Positions 36,001 to 45,492 of a stretch of DNA of 64,000 bases are shown in pieces. The notes under the pieces are model-generated. The model was not told the DNA's origin, did not search any database, and saw nothing but the letters and a program-made list of their open reading frames with translations. Position numbers and translations under genes: made by a program. Numbering within the stretch: the stretch's first letter is position 1; every line of letters begins with the position of its first letter. Source of the stretch: Phoronis australis (taxonomy: Eukaryota; Animalia; Phoronida); assembly GCA_002633005.1 (NCBI GenBank), contig NMRA01000778.1, positions 62,001-126,000 on the forward strand. The letters run 5' to 3'.

Positions 36001-38474
36001 GTTACATAAAACGGGGGAAGCTAGTCCCCCTTCCTTGTGAACCCGTGAATGTTCACATTAACAGCAGTCTTCTCTCATAATCTGTATCCATTCGACTTAT
36101 GCTTAGTAATTTGTGTGAGTGTAGAAGTCCATTGTTTTCTTAATACCAAATTCTTTTCAAGTACGAAATTTAATCCTTTTCACATTTGTGCTATTAGTGA
36201 AAACTCCAGATTGCGGTTTGTGTGAGGTCTTGTTATCCTAGCGAAGCTTTCAGCCAATGGTGGCTTTTGATTTGCTCTACGTCTTTGTTGATGCTTATCA
36301 AAATCTGGTGAAGGAAATATTACTTTTCTTCAGAGCTCCACCTATTGGCTGCTGAATGAGACTTGCATTGTGTCATAATGCAGCCCTAAGCAGTGTAGTG
36401 TTACTTTGTGTCACATTTCAGCCGTTTGTTGAACACTCTGCAGTTTCACATAAATGGCGGGAATCCTGTGTCTGGTTCAGGGTGTCCGACAGCTGTGTAA
36501 AACTAGCTCATTCCGTTGTTCGGACCCCCTGGACTCGGGCTCTGTATCCGCCCCAGCTGACAGTCAGCTGGTATCACTGTGTTACTAACTATTTTTCAAT
36601 CTCTCTCTCTCTCGCCTTTGACACATTGACATCACATTTCCGATTTCACTCTGTTTCACTTTAGTTCGATGGCCAGTTGAAGGCAGAAAATTGTAGAATA
36701 ATTTTTGATCAAATGAAAGCCGGGATGTTTGCTGTTTGTTACTTATTTGTAACAACTTACAGTATTGAGTTAAAAAAATTTTGCAATAGCGTGAGCACTT
36801 GATTCGATGACTTGCAGGTTTTCAATTTGACCTCGGATTGTGTTTGGCGACCTGGGAAAAATTTGCCACGAACTCGCCACTGCGAGTATCCAAGTCAGAC
36901 AGTAATTCCCTTGAAATTTGTTTCAAAGTTTTTGTTGACTTCCAAACATTACATCACTAACTGCAACTGCTTTTGTATTGGAAGGCTATTCACAAATGAG
37001 TGATTATTGGTTAGGGGCGATAACTTTGCATTAAACTCCCGACTAAATTTCATTTCACAAAAGTGTGGCTTAACTGCCAAGAAATTTGTCATAGTTTATT
37101 TTGAAAACTAGTACATACCCGAGTTATCAACTGGCCACGTCGTCTCACTTAGTTAACCAATTGTTGTGAACTGTGCAATAGTCTGAACTAGTCACTGTTA
37201 AACTTGTGTATGTACACAGCAAAAAGGTAATATTTTTGTTAGCAGTTTCGAGTTAAGTACTGGCAGTAAAAATCCCCCAGTTTGGAAGTGTCAAGCCATA
37301 TGAGTAATAATTTTTGTCAAGTTTCTCAGCATAAGATAGCAAAACATTACTTGCATGTTTTACGTGGCACAGCTGCCTCCAAAAAATATTTGATAAATTT
37401 TGAGCATTCTTAAAAAATTCCAGTGGGAATTTCATCCCAGTTTGATTTATTTTGGAGCCGTTTTTCTTTTTGCTTAATGCTTCATTGAAAGTTTCTAGTT
37501 AGAAATCAATTCTTGGCTTTTCGTGCCGTGCTAAGTCCACTAATGACAGGGCTTGGAATAGAATAAGACGACCTAATCACTTCACAGAGAACATGTGCCA
37601 GTCATTTTGACGCTTAATTAGTAAAATTTTCTTTATTTCAAAATTATAAATATGCATGTTCTAATACGTATAAGTTACCAAAGGCGTTATTAGTGTTTCT
37701 TCAAGGAAACATTTGATCACAGATCTTATGCAGACATGACCGAGGTAGGTGCTAAATTTGTCAGGTAATGCCTCAGAGTGGGCCTTGTCAATACCAGACA
37801 GTCAGCCCCGTGTGCTTCATCAATTTGCATGAGATCTTGTCTCATTATCATGCAATTTCATTACAGCTGATCACGATCTGTGCGTTCATGATTGCGTCCG
37901 GCTTCTTCAGCGTCTACGGGATGTGTGTGGATACACTCTTCTTGTGTTTTCGTAAGTATTCGAAATGTGGCTTCAGTTGGGCCGAGAAGGAGTGCTTAGT
38001 AATTGTTTTCTGTCCACCATACTTGATTTAAAGGGGCGCTTCGTTCACGTAATCACAACTTGGGTCAGCAATAGCAAATGCATGGTCCTCATGTGTATGC
38101 GTCATTAGTATTTTTGAAACGGTGTTTTTGTTTCAATTTTCATTTTGACTTAACCTGGCAATGTCGAGGAGATTTTGCCAGTTATGCTCATTTCAGCTTA
38201 GAAATGAGACTCAAAGAAGTGATAACTTTTAACGTTACTTAAAATAAATACAAGTTACAGTAAGCATTTCTTGCTTCAAAACCTCTCACACGTGCCCCTT
38301 AGCTTAAAATTTAAATGTTCACGAACATTCCTGTTGTCATTCTCATTCGTTGCTGCCTCGTTTCCAGTTGAGGATCTAGAGAGACATGACGGGTCTGCGG
38401 AGAAACCGTATTACATGAACAAGGAGCTGATGAACATTCTAGGCAAGAAGAATACTGCACCACAAAGTGACTAA
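2980..38474 (+). CDS. SLC44A2: Choline transporter-like protein (CTL/SLC44 family, A2/A4/A5-like), multi-exon gene span; first coding exon not located
   Basis: About 20 exons with canonical AG/GT sites join in one frame (about 716 aa). They carry family motifs YDPx[83 protein letters not shown]. Symbol is approximate; likely co-orthologue of vertebrate A2/A4/A5. Confidence 0.96.
5443..5783 (+). repeat. 25-bp minisatellite (TTTGGAATGGCATCTCAAGGTGTTG), about 13 copies
   Basis: Direct reading. Confidence 0.95.
6814..6887 (+). CDS. SLC44A2: CTL exon ([25 protein letters not shown]), first TM segment
   Basis: tttcag|...TTTG|gtaagt; CTD motif. Confidence 0.95.
7960..8038 (+). CDS. SLC44A2: CTL exon ([27 protein letters not shown])
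   Basis: ttcag|...CTCAA|gtgagt; GDP..LIYP...G..CG motif. Confidence 0.95.
8406..8600. mobile_element. Palindromic foldback/MITE-like element
   Basis: Perfect core arms catcaggatatgtacagtaggactacaa / ttgtagtcctactgtacatatcctgatg, with imperfect extension to about 95 bp per arm. Confidence 0.75.
9869..9953 (+). CDS. SLC44A2: CTL exon ([28 protein letters not shown])
   Basis: ttgcag|...CAG|gtgagt; KPYL.FF and CPTPQ motifs. Confidence 0.95.
10244..10408 (+). CDS. SLC44A2: CTL exon ([13 protein letters not shown]...TQTSK)
   Basis: ttgcag|...AAA|gtaagt; CV..CP motif; phase 0 to 0. Confidence 0.93.
10520..11195 (+). repeat. Diverged tandem dimer of a roughly 330-350-bp unit
   Basis: ctttggtggacaggcattc and gccggtgggtg.tgctgataaagcgg each occur twice in order. 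Confidence 0.75.
12562..12767 (+). CDS. SLC44A2: CTL exon, copy 1 ([27 protein letters not shown]...NGT)
   Basis: ttttcccag|...CACA|gtgagt; 206 nt, phase 0 to 2. Confidence 0.85.
13747..13904. other. Assembly gap
   Basis: N run. Confidence 1.
15736..15941 (+). CDS. SLC44A2: CTL exon, copy 2 (near-identical to 12562-12767; probable second allele)
   Basis: Same splice sites and length; three substitutions seen (two synonymous, one L to V). Confidence 0.85.
16822..16905 (+). CDS. SLC44A2: CTL exon ([27 protein letters not shown])
   Basis: tctttcag|...AAT|gtgagt; KI..D...SW motif. Confidence 0.92.
17472..17777 (+). repeat. 19-bp C-rich minisatellite (CATGCCCCACCCAATCCAT)
   Basis: Direct reading; ends about 25 nt before an exon. 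Confidence 0.92.
17802..17914 (+). CDS. SLC44A2: CTL exon ([37 protein letters not shown])
   Basis: ctccag|...TTCG|gtaggt; R..AGIMVW motif. Confidence 0.94.
18419..18541 (+). CDS. SLC44A2: CTL exon ([13 protein letters not shown]...KTTWLVL)
   Basis: catcag|...TTAG|gtaggt; frame fits both neighbours; TWL motif. Confidence 0.92.
19574..19673 (+). CDS. SLC44A2: CTL exon ([34 protein letters not shown])
   Basis: tttcag|...CAG|gtacgt; [17 protein letters not shown] motif. Confidence 0.96.
20270..20370 (+). repeat. 45-bp tandem repeat, about 2.2 copies
   Basis: acatgactc.tacaatt.tgatctg..gctataaacccaccttgt x2. Confidence 0.85.
20392..20605 (+). CDS. SLC44A2: CTL exon ([13 protein letters not shown]...NLIDCGQ)
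   Basis: ctctccag|...CAG|gtaagt; TM segment followed by a sequon-rich loop. Confidence 0.94.
21955..21966 (+). CDS. Candidate 12-nt alternative micro-exon (LTNT)
   Basis: ttgttgtttattgttttcaag|TTGACCAATACG|gtaagt; frame-preserving. Confidence 0.5.
22181..22233 (+). CDS. Candidate 53-nt alternative exon ([17 protein letters not shown])
   Basis: CTAAT branch-like motif about 40 nt upstream; cattctgtccttatctatag|...GGCTT|gtaagt; open frame, phase 0 to 2. Confidence 0.5.
25168..25188 (+). CDS. Candidate 21-nt micro-exon (WSSTFNQ in phase 0, or FGLQHSTR in phase 2)
   Basis: cttgtttaattttcaag|TGGTCTTCAACATTCAACCAG|gtgagt; consensus donor. Confidence 0.5.
26371..26675. mobile_element. Possible MITE
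   Basis: Inverted 14-mers aaaattctccagtt / aactggagaatttt about 300 bp apart. Confidence 0.4.
28837..28892 (+). CDS. SLC44A2: CTL exon ([19 protein letters not shown])
   Basis: gtcttttgcag|...CGGA|gtaagt; 56 nt; bridges phase 0 to 2 between 20605 and 29944. Confidence 0.88.
29520..29943 (+). repeat. Degenerate tandem copies of the intron/exon boundary of exon 29944
   Basis: atgggccagcta...ctgtat...cag unit occurs 3 times; the copy at 29801 carries a partial exon. Confidence 0.85.
29944..30120 (+). CDS. SLC44A2: CTL exon ([46 protein letters not shown]...)
   Basis: ttctccag|...GCT|gtaagt; [13 protein letters not shown] motif. Confidence 0.96.
30151..30646. mobile_element. Non-autonomous TIR element (about 500 bp)
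   Basis: Termini CAAGGCTTGGAAT / ATTCCAAGCCCTG, flanked by direct TGTTAT; CpG-rich interior. Confidence 0.75.
31125..31253 (+). CDS. SLC44A2: CTL exon ([25 protein letters not shown]...FILK)
   Basis: ttttcag|...CAA|gtaagt; family signature. Confidence 0.97.
32407..32476 (+). CDS. SLC44A2: CTL exon ([23 protein letters not shown])
   Basis: ttccag|...TTG|gtaagt; family signature. Confidence 0.97.
33024..33097 (+). CDS. SLC44A2: CTL exon ([25 protein letters not shown])
   Basis: ctttag|...CAG|gtgagt; family signature. Confidence 0.97.
33751..33821 (+). CDS. SLC44A2: CTL exon ([23 protein letters not shown])
   Basis: tttacag|...ATCG|gtaaga; DKVTDF..F.GKL motif. Confidence 0.96.
34589..34677 (+). 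CDS. SLC44A2: CTL mutually exclusive exon A ([30 protein letters not shown])
   Basis: tattatag|...GCG|gtaagt; 89 nt, phase 1 to 0. Confidence 0.88.
35540..35643 (+). CDS. SLC44A2: CTL mutually exclusive exon B ([35 protein letters not shown])
   Basis: tctcaacag|...ATT|gtgagt; 104 nt, phase 1 to 0; homologous to exon A. Confidence 0.88.
37867..37951 (+). CDS. SLC44A2: CTL exon ([28 protein letters not shown])
   Basis: ttacag|...TTTC|gtaagt; family signature. Confidence 0.97.
38368..38474 (+). CDS. SLC44A2: CTL last coding exon ([35 protein letters not shown])
   Basis: tttccag| acceptor; EDLER.DGS.EKPYYM motif; TAA at 38472-38474. Confidence 0.97.
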
Positions 38475-39606
38475 GTCTTTGGTTGCCGGGGACATTGGCT
38501 CAGTTTGGCACAACCCAAGTCCCATCAAGCTCTTGCCCTCATTGCAAAGCCCCCCCCCCACATAGATGCTAGATAAGTTATTTTTGTAAGGATTCCTTCT
38601 TATCAGTTAAATAAATTTTGATGTTAAAATCTTCTACTCTACAGATCTAAGACAGCATTCAACGTATTAAAGCCCCTACATAAGCCAATTTTGGTAAAAA
38701 TATGCTTCCTATTTCCAAATACACATTTCTTCAAGGCCGTGCACATGTTGGTGACATAGCTGTTCGTATGTAATTGCCGAAGTGTTTTTATAAAAACAGA
38801 ACATAGTTACTTACGTTTTTTCAATTGCAGTTTATATTCAAAATTTTTAACTGACTTTTTAAGAACTTTAATAAGTGAACTATGCGCCAGTAGTTTTATA
38901 TAGGACACAACGGTCTTGGCTATGAATTACTTTTTGTTGTTTGGAAAGTACACGGCCCTGGAAAAAAGATATGCCCCTAACCAATTTTAACTCTCTACTG
39001 CATTCCTCATCTCTCATTGGTTATTTAAAATTGATTGAGTAATCAACTTGCTAATGCTGTGGTTTGGCTCAAACCAAAGTTAATTTTACTACTCCAGGGT
39101 TGGGTATTTTAAGTGGTCTTAGTTTTGATGATTGTATTTTGTACTGTGAGTGGCCGTGTTGTATATACATGTATATATATAAAGTATCCACTGTTGTATT
39201 AAGCCACATTTTTCGATTCCCGTATTGCACGCCAGTACATTAAGTGGGCTTTCTTTTAGCATTCTTTGACGAACTTCTTGTTAAATTTAGATTTCACGTA
39301 ACTGTTTGATAAGCAATCCTTTCTCCAGATTTTACAAGCAATTTTTCGTGCAAGATCAGTCACAATTGGAGTTATCCCAAGTTTTATCGTCTCAGTTTCA
39401 TTGTGATTTTGTTGTATGGTACTTAATATATTTAGTTTTATTGATGGTGCAGGTCTCACCATGTAATGTAGTGCAGTGACAAAAGTATACTCAAGATTTG
39501 TTTAGAATAAACTGTAATGGTGGTTTTCATCTTTCAAGTTTTCAAAACTTATTTTTAAATTAGCATTGTTTCTTTGTTAGATGAACTTTTTAATCTTAGC
39601 GCATAA

Positions 39607-39669
39607 TGTTTGTTTTTCGGTACGCATGTTTGTTTCTCGGTACGCATGTTTGTTTCTCGGTACGCATGT
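39607..39669 (+). repeat. 20-bp tandem repeat x3 in the CTL 3' region
   Basis: gtttgtttctcggtacgcat x3. Confidence 0.85.
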
Positions 39670-41294
39670 GTTTCTAGCCATGTGATTGGGGTATGCTGGT
39701 CTTGTTTTTTCCCAATGTGAACTTAGGGTTATTCCGTCTGGTATTGAGTTGACTATGGAAATTTTACATTATCTGTTTTGAAGCCAAAACAGGTGGATAG
39801 TAGCTGACGTTAATAAATTTGCCAGACCAGTGACATTTAGAAGTGTCTGTCACATAACAGCCTTAGAAGAGGTCTGACCAATTGCTTGAAATGTTCCAGT
39901 ATCGACTAAACTTCATCACTGTAAAATATCACCAATTTCCGGCACAATTAATGACCAAAAATGACCTTTTGACCCTTTTCATTTCTCATGAGTTGCTATA
40001 ATTCTCGTGGATGCCCATAATTTTTAAGGATTTTGTGTAATGGTAGTTGTATAAAACTTGAATGCGGAAAACCATCTAATTTTGTTGTTATGCATGTTTC
40101 ATGGAAAAACAATTGTAGTTGTCAGCTATATCGTATCCTAAACTGTCGTCCATATTGTTTGCTGAATTGGTGAGATCTTACCGGATGTCTGAGTTTACCC
40201 ATGGAATTTATCAGCTTGAAAACAGATAACTTTAAAGTCAACTGTAGATGTTTTTCATTATCCTACCAACTTATGTAGTGCGCAAGTCTTTCTGTCAAAA
40301 CATTCCATTGAGAACTTTATAGAGTCTCTAGGTGGCGCTCATGAACCAGTAGTACTTCTTTGTGAATGCATTCATTTGCAGGAGGTATTTTTATCTCCCA
40401 GATCCCCCATTGGTGGTGAACAGGTTTCTGCTATCATTGTTCTGATAACTCAAAGAGAGCTGTTTTGCTAGCACCACCTAGTGATTTAGTTTCCTTATCA
40501 GTATATTGTCAAATTATACTCTCAGACCAAAATAGGTTTATCAATTTAATGTTTTTGTTGAGTTTGTTAATTTTTTGCTTGTTATTAGGTGTATCCGTAA
40601 TTGCTAAGGAATTTTGACATTGTTTGATTTTTACATTTTAGAGGACAGGGTTCATTTTTGGTTGCCTCATGCTGATGGCTTATTGAAATGCCAGGCAGTA
40701 TTTTGCAGTGGTTAGGTATCTCCAATCTGACCTACACGTTTAAGGCTCATTGAACCCTGGAAGTGCAAACGTCCATCAACACACTAATCTGGTGTGAAAT
40801 ATGTTTTTGTTGCCCTCATGCTTCTCTGCTTTCTCACTGATTCTTGTATTACACTAGGTATTTTCAAAATAAAATGTAGGCATTCTCGGATGTATTGATG
40901 ACAATCTCTAAGTATTTTTAACTTGTGACCGTTAATTACTCTGTGAGGGGCGTGTGTTTGTTTTGTCACTTACTCAAGACTAGCCTGAATTTAGTATCTT
41001 GCATTGATTACAATGTTATGTGGGCTTAATGGCGATTTTATTTAGTTTTGGCCAACAACCTGTTGATACAACCATATACTTGAAAACAATATTTAGACAA
41101 AGAATTTCAATGCCATTTACTTGGTATTATGGAAAAGGTCAATTAAAAATTGAAGGAGTTTTTGTTAAAAGGGTTGTGACATAGTATTGAGGCCCCCTCA
41201 AGTTGTCTGTATATAGTGACTATGTAAGACATGATTTTTGTATTGGACTAGTCTTAATTTTAGTAATAACCTTGTATTGTTGTGATTTGAAGGA

Positions 41295-41300
41295 AATAAA
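41295..41300 (+). terminator. Candidate polyadenylation signal for the CTL gene (alternatives at 38610 and 39506)
   Basis: AATAAA followed by a T/GT-rich tract; cannot choose among candidates without transcripts. Confidence 0.35.
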
Positions 41301-42615
41301 ATTATTTTATCTTTTGTGACTTTAATGGTTTTGTGTCAGATGGGTTGTCACTGAAATCTGATTTTTTTATTACCAGGGGTTGGAAGTGATTCTGTGATGA
41401 TCTCACTGCTAAATTCCACCTATCCTTACACTCCTGCCCGGGACCAGCTGACAATAACCTCACACCCCACGAAATTGAAGCATGGTATACATGTGGGCTA
41501 GATTACAGCCCCNCCCGGAGACTTGATTCGCGTGAAGGCGGTTATTGCTGACGTCTGGTTGTTCAGATGAAGCCCGTTTTGTCACAGGCTAGGAACATGT
41601 AATATCAATATGTATATTACTCCCAGGTCGCAGGGTAGGAAGCATTTTTAGTTCCTGTGAGGAATGAAATGTAGCGGGGCTGGTATCCACTCGGGGTCAG
41701 GAACGGGCATTTGCCGGGTTGCTGGATTTAAGAGGCATGGCCATGCACTGGTAGCGTGACGCATTATTCTCAAGCCCGCTTTGAGGGCAAGACGCAATAC
41801 AGAAGGTAGTGCAATTTTTTGGCGAACGAGGCGACTCGATGGGAAGTGTGGACCTGTGTTGTTGAGGCTTGTGCTGAATGTGGATACTATAAAAAGTGGT
41901 GTTCACCTCGGTCATGGCGTTATTAATCGGAAGGCTGACGTTGTTGAGCATGTCCTGTTTAGGGACACATTTAGAAAGCGGGTCGTGGTATCTTGTAGTT
42001 GTATACTACAACCGAAAAAAACCTGTGTCGTCGTCCGCCCTCTATATCCCCACTGTGATGAACAAATCAATTATCGCATTATTGCCTTCCCGGTAATAAA
42101 ATATTGGCTGAAATAAAAATGTCAACTAGTAAATTTTTATATTGTTTGGCTTCTGAAGTTGAGTTTCTCGTGAAAAGTAAGTGCGGAATCCTTCTTTCGC
42201 TGAATTAATATGATAAACATTGACCAAGACGCTGCGATGGGTTTTGAACAGTTTCAGATGAGTTCAGTGATACATGTATCATTCATTCGTGTTGTAGACA
42301 ATTGGCGTTTGAGCTTGGCGATTGACTAAAGAAAGATTTTATTCTGATATTAAAATACCAGACAGCCTAACTGGTGTCGTTTGGAATACGGACTAAATGG
42401 TATTTCTAATGAATTATCAACTGTTGTTAAGGGCCCGGTGGCATTTGGTGTGGGAACGAGGAAAATCATTTCTACCATTTTATTACTTTGCCGTGTTCAC
42501 TTTTGACCCCAGAGGTTGAGGTTTTTCGGCACCGGCTAAAACTAGACAAAATACGCAAGTTACTCCTAAGTAGAGAGCCTCCGCCAAGACAGAGTCCTCA
42601 CAAGTGGACCCTTGG

Positions 42616-42789
42616 CAGGGGCGGATCCAGGATTTTGAGTTAGGGGGGCCAGGGCACAGGGCTCTAACCAGAATCACCCCATGCACATGCTCGTGCCCAG
42701 CCTAAAGTGTAAGGATGCAGGGGTCTAGAATTTTTTAGTTTTTGGCCTATGCATTGTGCATTCGCCCCCCTCCCCCCAATCCGCCACTG
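42616..42789. mobile_element. Short MITE (CAGGGGCGGAT...ATCCGCCACTG); related end at 58281
   Basis: Imperfect TIRs with internal G and C runs; no clear TSD. Confidence 0.7.
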
Positions 42790-43060
42790 CCGGGGATCAT
42801 CGGATCGCGTCAGTGATCAAGTGAAGGCGCGACCCGTAGTCGGACGTCTTAAGTTGGGCGGTACTTTTACAATAAAAGCCGACAGTCTTCGTTTCTACTA
42901 AAAACTTTTGAGATCAAGGCGATATGACCCGCTGGTGGTCAGTTGAGTTTCCGGAGTGGGGGCCTTTTTTCGACGCCTCAGTGGCATTCCGATTCCCGCG
43001 GTGGTCTGCAACCCAATTAAGTTTGCGTCATTTCAGTGCCGGCCGTGGATAGGTCAGAGT
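42790..43060 (+). promoter_or_regulatory. CpG-rich possible promoter of the glutaredoxin gene
   Basis: CpG-rich patch 2 kb upstream of the CDS; candidate donors at 43052/3 and 44308/9. Confidence 0.3.
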
Positions 43061-44385
43061 AAAAAGACTGTCATGCTTGATTTTAAGCCACAGAGAACAA
43101 AAACTATAGTTTTGGGACCAATTAACATGAAAGCATCACGCCAGTCTATCATGTTCCTCCTTAGTCACGGGACCATTTTTTACCGAACAAGTTGATGTAC
43201 CGTGACTACGGCGAATAAAAATGGAATGGCGATAGAAGTTATTCCCGTGGTCATATATACAGTGGATGCAGTACTAGCTGAATTGTTGGAAGTTGAACAT
43301 CAATGATGAAAGGCTTCTGTGCATGATCGGAAATAGACGGTTTCCTTCGTTGTCAGATTTAAACCTTCCTTGTCCCAAATTAGTATAGACCGTCCTGAGC
43401 TGTATCATGCACTCAGGCTAGTCCGGACGGTCACGGTCAGAAACAGCAGGTCTTTCCGCTCAATTACTCTTTATTGCACTTTAATATGATTGTGTTAAGA
43501 TAAAAGCTGCATGAGGACGTTTGATATCATTTTCTCCCTTTTTGTGGACGAAAACAGAGCAAATGTTTGAATTTCTCATGTAAATTGAGGTAGCTATAAA
43601 GATTTTCTGACTCACTGACGTCCCAACACTCGGTCTAGTTTTGTGGGAGATCATTAAGTAGGCCTAGTTGACAACTTGATGCTACTGAAATGAGGCCCAC
43701 TAGTTCACAACTAGTCAGTCCTAATTACCGTTTTTGCCTGGAGCTGGAGACCACACAGACTAGGCCTATTCATATCACTGAGGCAGGTCTAGTGACCAGC
43801 TTATCCTGAAAAAAGTTTGCCTCACATGCGACAGATGACCTTATGGTCGGCCCCGGCGTGCACTTCCATTGGTCGACTAAAGGCAAATCTTTGCTAAAGG
43901 TGAAATCTTTGTTCGGTGAAAAGAATTTGTGAAATTATTGGCCTCGCGACTAACCATTTTCTCCTTTTCCGTAACTTGTCAGTGTCACGGTAGCTGAACC
44001 GGAGGTGAATGGAATATGTGAATGGCTAAATCGATTATTGCTTGGTGAAACTGATCTCCCGTAGTTGAAAAGGTTGGTTAGAATTGACATTATTTTAATC
44101 AAATGTAACTTGATTTAGTGCAGTGCAAATTTTTATGAACATGGACGTGATTATTTGAGTGAACTAGTCAAGTTCACGCAACACCCAGTTCTGCTTAATC
44201 TTGAGATTGGCAGGATTCCAAGTTCACGTACAGCAACACCAGGTAGCGCTGTTGAACTAAACCTTTACACAACGATTCGATTGATGAGTCGGAGTCCATC
44301 TAAATAGGTGAGTTTTGACCGAGGTTCCCGCCTGGTACCTTAGACCACCGTCCCTTGGCGATAGTTGTATTAAAAACAGCTGACC

Positions 44386-44518
44386 AGCCTGAGCCAGGAG
44401 GCTCTCGCTGCTCAGCTCCTGAGCTAGGCAATGACCTTCGCCTCTGTTCGAGCCAACAGAGGCGATGGTCGTGCCTACTCAGTCCTGGACCTGAGCCTGA
44501 GCCTCCTGGGTCAGGCTC
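44386..44518. repeat. GC-rich imperfect palindrome
   Basis: agcctgagccaggaggctc / gagcctcctgggtcaggct outer arms; tcgcctctgtt / aacagaggcga inner arms. Confidence 0.8.
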
Positions 44519-44645
44519 AGGGGCTCAAGATCTTTCAACAAGCCCCTGGCTTTGGCTCTCTTCAGTCTCTTACACCATAAATACAATTAAAGAAGCGAAT
44601 GGGAACTGAACTATTAGTATTAGTAATAGTATTACTAGACGTCGG

Positions 44646-44722
44646 CACTGGTTAGATAGGTCCCTGACTTGATTGGCTGGTTCTTTAATTTAAAGTCAGG
44701 GACCACTATATCCGACCAGTGC
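44646..44722. repeat. Imperfect inverted repeat
   Basis: gcactggt...ggtccctgacttt / aaagtcagggacc...accagtgc. Confidence 0.75.
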
Positions 44723-45078
44723 TCTAGGCATCACCCCACACTCCGCTAAAAATCCATAAATCTGACTGGCAATAATCAGTTGGGTCTAGCATCACTTGGC
44801 TCACCAAACCATGCCAAACTGTATGAAGTTCACAAAATCAGTTTGGGTATAGAGGGTACAGTCTCGACCAGCCTTTGAGACTGTGAAGCTCCTATAGCTT
44901 CATATGCCAGAAGTTATTCAGCGAATTATGCCTAATGACAGATTATAGCATCAACATCATGCTGTTGTAAGTACCTTTTGTTCATAGGGACACCTTAGGA
45001 GGCCGTCAATTCCTTCCAACTGGAAAAAAACTGCTTTATGAACGTTGCGTATATTTCTCTTCCAGTCAATCTTAACAA

Positions 45079-45492
45079 ATGGCGTACCGCTCTGTTACGC
45101 GCCTGATATCTTCCCAAAAACGCCTGTGTCTTCCGGCATACCAGATGAATCTTGGTCAGCGTGCCTGGTGTCATGCTGGTGTGAAATCTCTTGTGGAGCA
45201 AAGAATTGCTTCAAACAGAGTTGTGGTATTCTCCAAAAGTTTCTGTCCGTTTTGTAAGATGGCGAAAGATGTTCTGAACGAGTACATTCCTCATCATTTG
45301 GAGGCCAAAGATTATGACATAATGGAGATAGAGGACTTGGAACATATGGAGCAAATACAGGACTATCTCAAAATTTTGACTGGGGCCAGCTCCGTGCCAC
45401 GAGTATTTGTGGAGGGAAAGTTTATTGGAGGAGGGACTGATATCGTGAATCTTCATGACAATGGGAAATTGGGAAATGTGTTAAAGAAATGA
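45079..45492 (+). CDS. GLRX: Dithiol glutaredoxin (CPFC) with N-terminal extension; uninterrupted CDS
   Basis: VVVFSKSFCPFC active site, TGASSVPRVFVEGKFIGGGTD glutathione-binding motifs; acceptor tttctcttccag ends at 45065, just before the ATG. Confidence 0.95.
   Translation: MAYRSVTRLISSQKRLCLPAYQMNLGQRAWCHAGVKSLVEQRIASNRVVVFSKSFCPFCKMAKDVLNEYIPHHLEAKDYDIMEIEDLEHMEQIQDYLKILTGASSVPRVFVEGKFIGGGTDIVNLHDNGKLGNVLKK

Noticed and set aside
36590-36790. Strong pyrimidine tract and AG as a third mutually exclusive exon
   Set aside because: The phase-1 frame hits a stop quickly and has no FFSG/LNF..LP similarity.
41697-42116. Overlapping 66-111-aa ORFs between the CTL and glutaredoxin genes
   Set aside because: No recognisable motifs or consistent splice structure.
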